From the NCBI GenBank assembly GCA_963575745.1, contig CAUYUJ010000067.1, positions 1 through 64,000 on the forward strand: a stretch of 64,000 nt of DNA, in the 5' to 3' direction. The notes beneath the pieces were generated by a model, which did no database searches, was not told the origin of the DNA, and saw only the letters and a list, made by a program, of their open reading frames with translations. Within the stretch, counting starts at the first letter, position 1; every line of letters starts with the position of its first letter. Source of the stretch: Prorocentrum cordatum (lineage: Eukaryota). The translations under genes were made by a program, and so were the position numbers. Shown here piece by piece: positions 47,562 through 59,514 of the stretch.

Positions 47562-50500
47562 TTACATATCAGGCCACGCAGTGAACTTCCTGGGCGGCGG
47601 CAAACCTTTACACAGCCGCTGCAGGACCACGAGGCGAGCCTGGGTGAGGGCGCGAGGACCGAACTCGTCCACTGGGCATCGCTCCTTCAAGGAGACGGGC
47701 CTAGAGGTGGCCCAGTCCCCGCGCGCCCCGAAAACATACATTGAGGCTTTACACCACAGCACATGGGACTGATGAACAGGCTTTCCTGCGACCCAGGACT
47801 CGACCCTAGACGGCAAAGGGTTGAGCCCCAAGGATCTCCAGAGGGCGTCACCCCGCTCAGGCAAGGGCCTGGCTGGCTCCGCCCATTGGTGATGCACGAC
47901 GTGCTTCGCCTCCTCCCCCCGCTCGCGCGCAACGCACGCAGACACATGCCCTCCTTCCTCCTCGAGAGCAGCAGGGCGCAGGCTCTGCAACCTAGCGCGG
48001 ATGGCGGGGGCTCCGCCCCTAACCTCGACGGCGCAGGAACCGCACCTCCACACTTGATCGGCAAACGTCCATTTGTGGGGGGCAGACAAAACAGCCTCGG
48101 CGAGCCAGCGCCGCCGACGCAAAACATAGTCGATGGGTTCCTTGATCCGTCGCCTGTCGGGGCCAGCACGGAGAGAGGCGCACTCTAGAATGATGGCTGC
48201 ATGGCGGGTCAAAATCTGGCAGTCCTGCAGCGCAAGCGAATTGTTGTCGCGCGCGACGTCTGGAGGGGCCTGAACCTCCGACGCGCGATCATCGGCCAAC
48301 CTGTCGGCCAGAGAATTCAAATAACGTGGCCCCAACCAACAACATCCTGGAAACGCTCGCGCTTCTTGGCGTCCTCTAGGAGGTGAGAAGGGATGTGGGA
48401 CAGGCGAGAAGGGGTAGGACGGGAGTCGAGAAGCCCCCAGAGTTCCCACCACAGATCAGCATTGGCCAATCTGGAGGTGTGCGACCGCCCACCTGCAGAG
48501 GCCTTGACTATATTAGCACGATCAGAGACCACGTGCAGATCTTGGGCTCTGGCAACGTACCGAACACACTCCACGATCGCCGCAAGCTCTGCGCGCGGGA
48601 CAGTTTGTCGCTCCGAGTCGACAACTCCAGTGACAGCACAATCCCACTCGAATTCTTCACCAGGAACCATGCGAACAACGGCGAAGGCAACCCTTCTTAA
48701 AACATGACTTTTCCCAAGTGGGCCCCAAGGGCCGTCGGTCCCGTACAGGCCCCCAGGCAACGCTCCATGGGCGAGGGGGCCCGAGGGCCTCTTGCCACGG
48801 AGCGACCGAGAAACGGGGGTCGGAGGAAGTCGGAACCACGCTTTGGGAATAAGCCCCCTTCATCCAGAAACAAGGAAAGACATGAGCCTCCTGGATGGCC
48901 GCATGCCTCAAATGCTGCGACTGAACTACATCAGGGCACGAAGACCTATCATTGCACATGCATTGCCAAACACGATGCACAGTGGACTCGGGGTCCCGCC
49001 TGCAACGTCTACAAATAGGGTCAGGGGAAAGCTGGGCGAGGTGCCTTCTTTCCTCAATCCAGTATCCTCCTGCAGCAACGAGCCTAACCATGGCTGCAAC
49101 ATCTCGACGGCCTTCCTTCTCAAGAGACGCCACAAGCTCCCAAACGTGGAACAACGAAACAGGACCCTCGATTCCTTTGCCGTCGAGATGTTCCGAGGCC
49201 TGCCGCCACTGGCGTTCGTCGATCGATTCGTCGAAGGCTTTTAAAAGGGGGGCCAGGGGTCCTCGGCCCTCGGCCTGCAAGGCCCACCGCTCACCATCGG
49301 GAGAGACAAGCTCGAAGGGAGACGCAAGACCACCCGATGGCAATGATCGAGGCCTGAAAGGCTCCCAGCGGCCCTCGGACCCAGGCCCACCCCCGACGAA
49401 CCTTGTCGAGCGAAGCCTGCCAGTGACGGTTGAGGCGGGCGAGCATCTTACGATAATACATCTGCACAGGATCATGACCTAAACCAAAAGTCAACCTAAT
49501 GGAAGTGGTAGCGCAAACTCCTCTCTGTGGGATCCTGCTGGCCGCTCTGGCCATGCTCCTGAGGCCCTGCAGCATCGATGGGGCCACGCCCTGGATCTCA
49601 GGAGCCCACATTGCCTTGGCGAGCGCATTGGGATAAAAGAGTTTGCTGGCGCTGCGATTCGTCCTGGGAAGCTGAAAAATATTATCAGTAGCATGCCTGC
49701 CTTTTTGAAACCTGGTCTTCCGAATAGCCACGGTGCGACGAGCGCCTAGCGAGGTGTCATGGCCCAAATCCCTAGCGGCCAGCGAGGCCTGAAAGGGGCA
49801 CTGAAGATTAGAGGCAAGCCCTGAGAGCGTGGACCGAAGCTCGGGCGAGGATGCAAGCAATTGCGATTTATCTACAGCAATCTCGCCGCGCCGCCGCTTG
49901 AGGCTAACCAGCAGGGCCCTGTGGAGCACTGGGAAGGTGGCTGCGATGCTAGTGTGAGTGCCAAAAAGTCTGGCTGAAATGCCGTCTACCCACTCACGCT
50001 GGCGCAGGCCAGCTACCGACTGGTGAGCCGCGCCTAAAGGCTCGTGGAGGTGAGCACGGGCTAGCGAGGTCGCCTGGCCACAGCCCGCGAGCATACCTCC
50101 ATGCGCCTTGAGGCCGGTGTGCGCCGCGCCTTCGATAGACAGATGGCGCACGCCCAAATGCATATCTACAGCCAAGACCAGGAGCCTCAAGGGATACCCG
50201 AGCGCGACAGCTGCTTCGACTAAATCCTCGAGGCAAGCCTGGTCATAATATTTCCTCACGTCAAGTAAAGGGCCACCCACTAGGAAGCCAGAATGGAGCG
50301 CAAGCTCTGTTTCCAGTTCGTCAATCCAGCCAGCAGCCTCGGCCGAGCCCCCCACCGTGGCGCCCCAAGGACCGTGGGCTCTTTTGTCCCAACTAGAAAT
50401 AAGGGGCTTGCGGATCCGAAGAAGCAAAACGCAAACCAAGCCGAGGAGGGCGATCGGTCTTTTACCCCCGTCGGGCTTCGGCAACATAGCGATCAGAGAA

Positions 50501-52362
50501 AACAGCTGTTGAAGTGGCAACGTGCGTTGATCTTCGATGGCATGCAGAACATCGGTCAGGTGCAGCTTGACCTCGTTGCTATCCTGCTTGAGCAGGCGCG
50601 GCTCCAAACAATCGATGCCTTGGCCCCTCTTGTCGGGAATGGTGGCCAGAGCGCGATTCACAACATGTCGAGAGAGATGGGCTCTAGCCGAGGGGATGCT
50701 CGTGCCTCGACTCGGAGCGCCGACAACGATGCTCTAGCACCTTCGTAACTATGCTGCTGCCAAATGCTGGCCCACGCTGCCGCCTCAAAATCTAAAACTT
50801 GCGCTGCGGTAGTGCATGGTCCATCTTCGCCGATTTTCTCAGGAGGGAGGGGGTCAACAGGAGGCCTCAAGAGACGGTGGGCGGGCCCCGCAGAGCGGTA
50901 CAAGGCTTGCTTTAGCCGCGTCTGCCATGCTACCGAGTGCGCCTTAAGAGCTGAGCGATGCGATTTATCTGCGACCAGAGTGGCCTCTGCAACGTGCAAA
51001 AGCAGGTCCACATGGGGGGCGCTACTCACATGCCGAAGCCTCTCGAGCCAGACCTCAAACAGCTGGATCTGCTCGGGGTCTGAAGGGTCGGGCGGCTCAG
51101 GGAGCACCTGCTGGGAAAGCCAATCCAGGGTCGCTCGATACTGGGCCGCGTGGGAAGGCTTGGGCTGAGGCGGGGCTGACGGGTCCGCGTCATCGGGAGC
51201 AAGCCGAATTAACAACTTCAACTGAACAAAGACCGACTGCCACCACCTAGGCCTACGATCAGCGATGCATGGCCCTTCAACCTGGGCAGCAATGAGAGGC
51301 ACCTCTCTGAACCTCGGCTGCTGGCACCTGCCAACGTACTGGAACACCGACTCCTGTGGAGGGCCCAACCTGGAGAAAGCCTCAAGCTCGACAGCGAGGG
51401 CCCAACTTGATAACTGCTGGCCAAGAGCTAGAGACACTTCCGCATTGTCATGCTCCAAACGGAGCAAGGTAGCTTGATAGTAATTCGACCTGAAAAGCGC
51501 TGGCCGCTTGCGCTGCAGTAGCTCCGCTTGCGCTAAGTGGTGGGGCCAAGCCATCGCAGGGCCAGCCAGATCCTTGACGGGAAGCGCCGTGGGCCTCATG
51601 GCCTTCCAGGCGGTGATGCCCCGAGGAGTGCTGACAGCGCTGAAGCTAGAGCACAGTGAGTGCCCCAAGGCACTGGCACTAGCCCAGTAAAAGGCACAGA
51701 AACTAAAGTATAGTCGATGCGACTGGTGGTGACCGTGGCGCACGTGACCGAGACCCCAGGCATGGGGGCAGGGATGAGGCCGAGAGACTCCAACCAACCC
51801 GAGGCTTTGAGCTCCTATTGCGGCACCTGCCAGTCGCCGACAACAGCGGCAGGAACACCAGCTGCCGACAAGTGCGCACCTAGGTCAGCTAGCAGCCTCA
51901 GATTGTCGCCCCCAAGCTGCCCACCGGCGTGGAGGTAGACTGGCGCGATGGTGAGCGAGACGTGGCGCAGCCGCAAGGTAGACGGCAAGTAGCGGGAAGT
52001 CCCGACGTCAGACCATTCACCCGCTGCATACGTCAAGCCTGACAACCCCAGGTGCGAACGAGCAATAACCATGACTCCAGAGGACGCGTCGTCCGCATCA
52101 GTACGATGAGCCTCCTGAGCAACAACCTTCCAGCCGAGTTTGTGCAACTTCTTGACCATCGCTTGGAACTTCGCGGCACGCTGCCTGCGCTCCACGAAGA
52201 GAACGACATCTGCATTGGGCTCTTGAACCCACCGAAGCGCGGCGGGGCCCCACGCAGAGATATTGGAGTACACGAAGGAAATAGCCTTGGGCTCACTCGG
52301 CGGATCTGGCGAGCCCTTGGGCGGTCGAAGCCGCCCCTTGGCCACTTGGCCGCAGGGTCCAT
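47562..52362 (-). pseudogene. LINE-B pol (APE-RT-CCHC-RNase H) with multiple stops and frameshifts
   Basis: APE: YSNISAW, DVVLFVE, SSGVMV, PVYLH, VVGDW, SRIDY. RT: GQGID, LPKPDGGKRPIALL, LDVRKYYD, GGMLAGCGQA, WVDG, DKSQ, RDLG. CCHC: CRRCRRDPESTVHRVWQC. RNase H: GTDG, QTVPRAE, VVSD, NADLW, HIPSH, NSLADRLA. Confidence 0.88.
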
Positions 52363-52370
52363 CAGGAACT

Positions 52371-53582
52371 CTACTCCCCCTTAGCCTTGGCTGCCTTAGC
52401 CTGCGCCTTGGCCAGGAGGTCCTTCCTGAGAGCCTCGACCTTGGCCTGCTTGTCCGACACGACCTGCGCCGCTGGGGCCTGGGCCGAGCTGGCCGCGGCC
52501 GCGCCCGCCGCCGCCGCGGGGGGCGCTCCGCCCGCAGTGGGGGCTGGCCGCGCTGGGGGGGCGCCTCCTCCAGCGGCAGGACCAGGGCCTGCTGGGGAAT
52601 TGGCGCAGTCACCCGCAGCGGCCTGCGCCGCTCCATGCTCAGGAGGGGCCCCGCAGGCGGCTGGCGCTGCATCTCCATCAAGCTTCCGACGCTTGCGGAG
52701 CTCGCCCATGCGCTTGAGGTATTCAGTGTGATGAGCATTTGCTTGATCCTTGACCTGAGTGAGCGCTGTATGAAGTAGGGCGGCGACCTTGGAGGACTGC
52801 TCCTTCTGGAAAGCCTCGAACTGGCTGCGGTCCTCGTCCGAGAAGGCGGGGCCTGAGAGGTCGATCTGGTCGCCGAAGTCGAGCGTGAGCTCATCAGCAC
52901 TGTCCTTGAAGAGATTCGATATGTTGATGACGTGAGAGCTGGCCTCCTTGAGAACACCAGCTGCCAGAGCTCTGGTAGCATGCTCCCACTCCTTCTCAGC
53001 TCGTAAGTCATCCTCCATGAGCCGCTCGAGCGTGAGGTTGGACTCCGTGGCCTGCCGATCCAACTCGACACGCTTCGCCATGGCACGCTCAAGCTTGTCT
53101 GCAATCGACTTGCGATGCTGCTGAGCAAGGTTCCACGCCGCCTGGGTGGATCGCGGCGCCTTGGCTCCAGAATCGATGGGAACAAAGGGCGCCAGCAACT
53201 TCTGGGCCTGAGCAACGGGGGGCGCGCCAGCGATCTCCCTGGCCATGGTGAGGGTGTCTGGCGGTAAACTGACGGCGGCCTGACCTTTCCTCCACCTCCC
53301 CTTGGCAAGCCCAGGGGGTGCTGAGGTGAACCCGTCCTGGGGAGCTGGAGACTGTCCTGCATGCGCACGAGGCGGGGCGCGAGCAGGGTCGCAGATGTCC
53401 TGGCACCCGACGCACAACCACTTGCGCTTGGCCAGGAGCTCGTTCCAAGTCCAGTGGCCACACGCACAGACAGTGTCATCGCCACGGCGAGCACGCTGAG
53501 CGCGAGGCTTGCCGCCGCCACGCCCGATCCGCACCCGCGGCTCGTAGTGCCAACTCCCCTGGTCGGTGGCATCCTGGCCCAT
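52371..53582 (-). CDS. LINE-B ORF1 (403 aa; N-terminal CxC...CxxC putative zinc ribbon, coiled coil)
   Basis: Intact ORF immediately upstream of pol; VCACGHWTW...LCVGC; charged helical centre. Confidence 0.7.
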   Translation of the reverse strand: MGQDATDQGSWHYEPRVRIGRGGGKPRAQRARRGDDTVCACGHWTWNELLAKRKWLCVGCQDICDPARAPPRAHAGQSPAPQDGFTSAPPGLAKGRWRKGQAAVSLPPDTLTMAREIAGAPPVAQAQKLLAPFVPIDSGAKAPRSTQAAWNLAQQHRKSIADKLERAMAKRVELDRQATESNLTLERLMEDDLRAEKEWEHATRALAAGVLKEASSHVINISNLFKDSADELTLDFGDQIDLSGPAFSDEDRSQFEAFQKEQSSKVAALLHTALTQVKDQANAHHTEYLKRMGELRKRRKLDGDAAPAACGAPPEHGAAQAAAGDCANSPAGPGPAAGGGAPPARPAPTAGGAPPAAAAGAAAASSAQAPAAQVVSDKQAKVEALRKDLLAKAQAKAAKAKGE

Positions 53583-53745
53583 CTGCGAGGAACCCTGACC
53601 TGGAGTAGGCCAGGCAGGAACGTCGTGTTGCTCCGAGGAGCGAACAGAAGCTGCGTCGCCTGGGGCGGCTCACGCAGCGGCGCGATGAAAGCTGGGACTA
53701 GCCGCGGACAAGAGGCATCCACTAGTTTCCCAGGGAAACCAAACC

Positions 53746-53767
53746 CTTGAGACAAAATGGCTACGGA
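53746..53767 (-). other. Relict dinoflagellate spliced leader (DinoSL)
   Basis: Minus strand reads TCCGTAGCCATTTTGTCTCAAG against the consensus DCCGTAGCCATTTTGGCTCAAG (1 mismatch). It is followed by GG rather than an SL-gene GT donor and lies ~164 nt upstream of the ORF1 ATG. Confidence 0.9.
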
Positions 53768-54271
53768 GGGGCGCAAATGGGCTTTGCATTGCGCCCGAGG
53801 CAGTTCAACGATGCCCACGACCTCCACGTGGGACAATGGCGCCGGGGGGGGGGGGGGGGCGAGATGCAGCCCGCGCGCGATGCACTGGGCCCAGTCAACG
53901 AACAAGAGCACGACCTCTCGCTCAACACCTTCATGGACGACATCGCAAATAGCCGCGCAGTGGTCTCGTCGGGGGCCGCCCCGCTGGGGGCTGAAATTTG
54001 CGAGGTGATCTCGAAGTGCTAGTAGGGGCTCGGCGAAAGCGAGGATTTCTCGGCTCGCCCAGGCCCCCAGTTCCAATCGATCTTTGGCGGGGGCGAGGTT
54101 GCCTCGGATCGCCCGAGAGCCCGCGCGACAAGAATTGCCGAGCAGATCAATGCAACCCCGCAGCGCCAAGGGCGCAAGCTGGAAAGAGGAGGATGGAGCC
54201 TGGGCCCAGTCAAGACCATCCACCTAGTGGCTCTTCGAGGCCAGGGCGGGGCGGGGCCGCAAGGCAGCTGC

Positions 54272-54331
<60 letters not shown>

Positions 54332-55450
54332 ACCAAAAGCGCGCCGACGAGGGGGATGAGAGCACCGGGGCCGCACCTACCAGGGGATCAGGGATACGCG
54401 GGAGAGATCAAGAGGAGGTGCGAGGCCATGCAGTTGGCTTGCAGACGGCGCGCATGTGTCTGGCTTTCAGATACTACAGACAAGATGTGCTTTGCCAGAA
54501 AAAATAGAGATGCCCCGGGCGATTGTTTCGGGGGCAGGCCGAAGGTCATTGACGGCACTTGCGTTGGAGGAACGTCACTTGAAAGCGCTCGACAGTGCGA
54601 TGGCATTTCTTTTTGAGAAGAATGACAGGAGGCAAGATGAGCCGGGCAAGAGCATATGGCACGACCAGGTGCTGCGCCAACAAGGCGGTTTTCACGGGGT
54701 GGGGGGCGCCGCGCTGCTCGACGGCGCCGAGGATGCGCGGGCTTCGGTGGCGCAGACACTGGGCGAAATATCCAGAGGATGTCGGCAGTGCGTTCGCGGC
54801 AGTTTGGCGCGTCGAAGCTGGGCGGCCTCTGCCGGGCCAGGAGACTGGGCAACGGATGGGCATGCGAAGCGTCCGCGCCTTGGGCTAAGCAGGCGGCCAG
54901 GTACTTCCGGGCGCTGGCGGAGGTCACGTCGCCGAGGGCGCGCGGGGTCGGTCCCCGAGGAGGCAGTGGGCACGAGATATTGGGATGCTTGGATAGGGGC
55001 GGACACCAGTGTCCTACGCCGCGCTGGAGAGGCATGATGGAGCGCAACGCTACCAGAAATTACGGTGGGGGGCGATGTGGTGGCTCAGTTTTGGCGTGAC
55101 TGGGAAATTGGGGCAGAGGGGCAGGTGCGCGGGGCGCAATTTTCCGCGGGCGGCGCTGGCAGGGCGCAGGGGGGTGGCGGACAAGCGTGCTTCGCAGATC
55201 CCCAGCCTGGTGGCCGCGAAGCAAAGTCCGGGGTGCATGAGCTCTGTCGCATCAGAAAAAATATCGGCCGACCAGAGAGTCACGGGATGTGCTACAAAAA
55301 CAGAATTTGTTTGAATCGCCCAGTCCGCGGGCCCCCTTCCCTCGTCTGCGTCCTCTGCGGCTTTCAGGCTCAATCCTTTGAAGGTCTTCAGGTGCGCGTT
55401 CGCCGCCGCCGCCCTGGGCCGCGCTGCGTGAAAGATGGCGGTAGAAACGC
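53761..55450 (+). pseudogene. Old degenerate LINE, 3' part: RT motifs B/C, thumb and a degenerate C2H2-like finger
   Basis: YGGAQMGFALRPRQFN, LNTFMDDI, PGPHL...EIKRRC (after an (AG)n at 54272-54326), and VCVLCGFQAQSFEGLQVRVR at ~55345-55405. Confidence 0.6.
54272..54326 (+). repeat. (AG)n microsatellite
   Basis: Directly visible. Confidence 0.95.
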
Positions 55451-56958
55451 GGTGGGCGCCACGGCCCGAACGAGGGGCAAGCGCGAAGATGGAAGGAGAG
55501 CCGAAGCACCGCGTGGGCGGCAAGGGGAAAGGGACAGGACGAGTGGCGCGCAGAAGGGGCCAGCGCCACGGCGGCGGGCGGCCCGCCAACGTCCGCGGCC
55601 GCGGAGGAGAAGGAGGGCGCAGACCACCCTCCCCGCCAGTTATGCGCAGCGGACGACTACGAGGAGTCTGACCTAAGAGGGTTCATCAACTGACTACAGA
55701 GGTAGGCCCTCCGCCCGGCCGCAGGGATCAGAGATATGCACCACATGGCCTCGGACTTCTCTCTCGTGCCAGTCAGCAAGTGGGCGCTTCGGAAGACGAT
55801 GTCAGCGGGCGCAACTACGTGAACCAGGTCAGGGAGAAGGGCAAGGGGCGCAAGTTGTGGCCACCGGGCATCCGCGCGGGAATGGCGCTCATGGAAGGCA
55901 TCCAAGAGCTGGCGTCGGACTGGCAGATGGAAATGGCAGTACCAGCGTCAAAGGATTGAGCAATGGACGCCCTAGACGACTGCCTGGAGCTGTTGGGGGA
56001 TAACAGCGAGCACAGCATGGGGGAAGACGCCGTGGCGAAGGTGGGCCAGTTCGCAGGCCGCGGCCTGAAGATGGCGACGGGGATGCTGATCGTCTACGAG
56101 GGAGGCAAGGAGTCCCAGTCGCCGGCGCCCAAGTTGGAGCTGGAAAGGATGGTGGAGAGGGGGCTTCAGCGTCGGCGCCGCTGAGGGTGGAGGAAGTGGT
56201 GGCATTGGCGAGTTTTTCTCAGAGTACTGCGCCGCAGAGGCCAGAAGGGGCAGTTGCATCAGCGAGGTCCTCTCGGAGTGCAAAGGCACCAGGGCAGAGT
56301 GCCAGGCTGCGGCTGACGCGGACATGCGCGTGCACTGCGCCACCGACGGCGTCGGCGTCGCGCAATGAGGGCGCCGCCTCAGGGGGGGGCCCCTAGGGCA
56401 GTTGGGCATGGATGCCGCGCCCGACAGCGTGCAGACGAAGCGGGAGAGATACTTTTCGCATGATAAAAAAAGAAGCACAAACCGAATCGATCAGCGCGGG
56501 CGTTGAGCGCCTCGCCAAACTCGGACGTGTTGCCCCAGATGGTAGGATATACGAAAAGGTCTTGAAGTTCCGAGCAGGACGGGGAGCTGAGTGACGGAGA
56601 AACACCATGGGGAATGGCCTGCCTGGCAACATCCAGCCTGCCCGCCCCAGTCAGTACACGGCGTCATCTACCATGGCGACGCGATGCGTTCCCCCTTCCT
56701 TCTTTCCATTGCAGATGCGGAGAGGTGGTCGGCGGGGCACTTTGCAATCAGCACAGCATGCGCACATTGCAATGACGGGTCACGGTCGACGAGGGGAGAT
56801 GGGGCCAGCATGCGAGGTACTACGAGTTTGACAGGACAGCGGGGAATTCGTGACCATGCCGACAGTGGCAGATGGGGCCAGCATACGAGGTGCTACGCGT
56901 ATGACAGGGCAGTTGAGAATTGCACGCTGGCCTAGGTGTGCAGCGGGGCGCGTTGGCG

Positions 56959-56992
<34 letters not shown>
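56959..56992 (-). repeat. Poly(T)34 (possible poly(A) tail of a minus-strand retrocopy)
   Basis: Pure T run; no TSD identified. Confidence 0.6.
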
Positions 56993-56993
<1 letters not shown>

Positions 56994-57215
56994 TTCCATC
57001 TGTCTTCCCATTCTACTCCTTTTCCGGTGGCCATGGCCTTCGCGGGCAGCAGCCAGCTATAGCCCTGCTGGCGCTGCAACCGCGGGGCACGGCGCTGCGA
57101 GGTGATCGAGAACAGCAGAGAGCACGCGAGAAACGTACCAGGTTTTTAAGAGGGCCAAGGCGGCACAAGGGAGTGAATGGAGAGGGGCGCGCATCGACTG
57201 CGAGCTGGAGCTGAG

Positions 57216-57275
57216 GGGGGAGGGGGGGGGGGGGGGGATATTGGAGCGATGAAGAGAAGACATGGCACGGGTGAG

Positions 57276-57342
<67 letters not shown>
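57216..57342 (+). repeat. G-run, (TA)n and (GA)n microsatellites
   Basis: Directly visible. Confidence 0.9.
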
Positions 57343-57343
<1 letters not shown>

Positions 57344-57494
57344 AGGTCCGCCGAGAGCAGAGGTGGAAAGCGAGAGGGGCCGCGCGGGCAGCCCAGGCAT
57401 TGGGGCAGATCAACGCGGCCCAGGCACTTCTGGCAGAGGAAGAAGGCCCAAATAAAGAGTCTCGCATGCAAATGATCCAAATCGCCATGGAGCC

Positions 57495-58953
57495 ATGGAG
57501 AAGCCGAAAGAGATGGCAGAGGCGCTGCTGGAGGGAATCGAAATGAATGGGCTTATACTTGTAGCCTTTATCAGAGCAGGAGAGAGAATGGGGCTCTTCG
57601 ACGTCCTACTCGACACGTGCATGGCCATGAATGTCAATGGCGAAGATGCGCTGGAGGTGGCAAAACGAGAGTTCGAGGAGAAAGAGGAAGAGCTGCGCGA
57701 GACGGGCGACTGCAGGGCGGCGGAGAACAATGGGGAGAAGCAGCCAGAGTTCCTCAGGGCGCTGGACATCGCAGACAAGTCGAGCGACGACATGCAGCTG
57801 TTCAACGCATGCTGGATGAGCGCAGGATGGGCGGAAAGAGAGGGGGGGCTCGCGCGCGCGGGCTCGCCTTCCCGGACTAGCTGCGGCGGAGAGGCCCCTG
57901 CCCCAACTCGAGATGGGACGGGTGGCTGTTCTCGCGCAAGGTGGACCAGCCGTAGCTCGTCAGGGCGCAGGAGAGTCACCCAGAGGACGTGCTCTTGAAG
58001 AAATGGGTGGGCGAGACGAAGGAAACGCGCGGGGCCGACTACGACGGGTGGCCAAAGATCGGGCCGTCGACGGTGGTGAAGCTCCAGGTGGGGAACGACT
58101 TGGAAGCGTTCATTGCGGGAAGGCTACCGCGGCAACTCGACGACGCCATCAAGGAGCGCTACTGCCAGTGCTTCGACGCGGCCCAGATAATGAGCCCAGA
58201 AGTGCTATTCGAGCTGGTCCCCGCGTCCTTCCCGATGACGCACAAGATCGAAGGTTGCGACCTCGTCGCAAGGTGCCCAGTCGACCACTGGGAAAGATCA
58301 GGGAGGAAGGCCTGCACCGTGCAGAGCTGGCGCGAGCCGGCGCTGAAGATAGCGAAGAACGGCGAAGAGAACCTCCGCGCAGTAATGAAGGTCGCCAGAG
58401 AGGAGCTAAACAACGAGGACAGCGTGGGCCCAGGAGACAGCGCGCATGCCATGCTGGATGGCACCGAGATCTTCGCGGCCAAATTCGGCTACCCCAGACG
58501 ACTGCGGCCAGCTTCCCCAGCGGCCGCCAGTGAGCGCACCCACTGGGGCCTGCTGGTGTGCCAAGAGGAAACATTCGCGAGGTGTCTCGGAGTGCTACTT
58601 TAGGAGAGCTGTGAGCTGGCGGTGCCCACAGGCAGTCAGGAGGAGCATTAGCGAGGTTTCTCGGAGTACAACTCATGATAAACAGAATGGGCACCGCAGC
58701 GCGCTCGCGCCGCCATCGCAATGGGAAGTATATTTTTGACTACCGGCAGTACACTACTGCAGGGTGTCGGAGGATAAAAATGATCATCAGGAAGCCCGCC
58801 AGTGTGCTCCTCATTGGCCCTACCATATACCGTGACGACCCGTATGCTCTACCTCGCATGCACTTCGAGGGGGGGCGATGGGTCACTTCAACAGGGTACC
58901 AGAGTACAGATGCGACAATACATGGGGCATCTCTCGGAATGACCGAGAAGTGA
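57495..58953 (+). pseudogene. Unassigned fragmented coding-like region (ORFs 57495-57998, 57989-58603, 58675-58953)
   Basis: Consecutive same-strand ORFs with protein-like composition; no family recognised. Confidence 0.35.
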
Positions 58954-59387
58954 GCCGAGCGGGAGAGGGGGGCACGGCATCAACGCATTAGAATATGCAG
59001 CCCACCCAGCAACAGTTTGGGGTCTCGGGCCTTCGGTCACTCCCCCCTTCCTCCTTTTGAGTTCGTGTCGTCGTCTCCTCCCCCCAAGGCTTGGGCGCTC
59101 TGCTCAGCTCGCGCGCCCCCCCCCCCAAGGGCGCGCGGAAGGGCCAGCAGGCGCTCCCCCCTCGCTGACCCGCGGGGACTCGTGATGTAAGGCAACGGGC
59201 CTCTCTTACGGGGCCACCCCGGAGCCTAGTCCTTGAGCTACGTGGTCTGTCCCCTGCCGACCCGAGTGAAAAGGCAGGGCTGTAGCAAGACAGGTCGCAA
59301 AGGAGTGTGACAGAAGCGCGTAGGTCACCTGAGTCGGTGTTCTGACGTTGGCCCCCTTTTATGCGGATGTCCTTGTCCTTGTCTCCA

Positions 59388-59514
59388 TCCTCCCTCCTCC
59401 TCCTCCTCCACCTCCTCCTCCTCCTCCTCCTCCTCCTCCTCCTCCTCCTCCTCCTCCTCCTCCCGCTTCCTCCTCCCCCCTCCTCCCCCTTTTTCTCCTC
59501 GCCCTCCTCCTCCT
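59388..59514 (+). repeat. (CCT)n microsatellite
   Basis: Directly visible. Confidence 0.9.

Larger units (their letters stand above)
31071..53767 (-). mobile_element. Spliced-leader-headed LINE (LINE-B; own sequence 47172-53767 plus 31071-31213) with a nested giant LINE
   Basis: Flanked by the direct repeat CTACGGAGGG (31061-31070, 53761-53770). Its 5' end is the DinoSL. Contains ORF1 and a disrupted APE-RT-CCHC-RNase H. Confidence 0.75.

Noticed and set aside
56320..56370. Helicase motif V-like VHCATDGVG
   Set aside because: Isolated, followed by a stop, and no other helicase motifs found.
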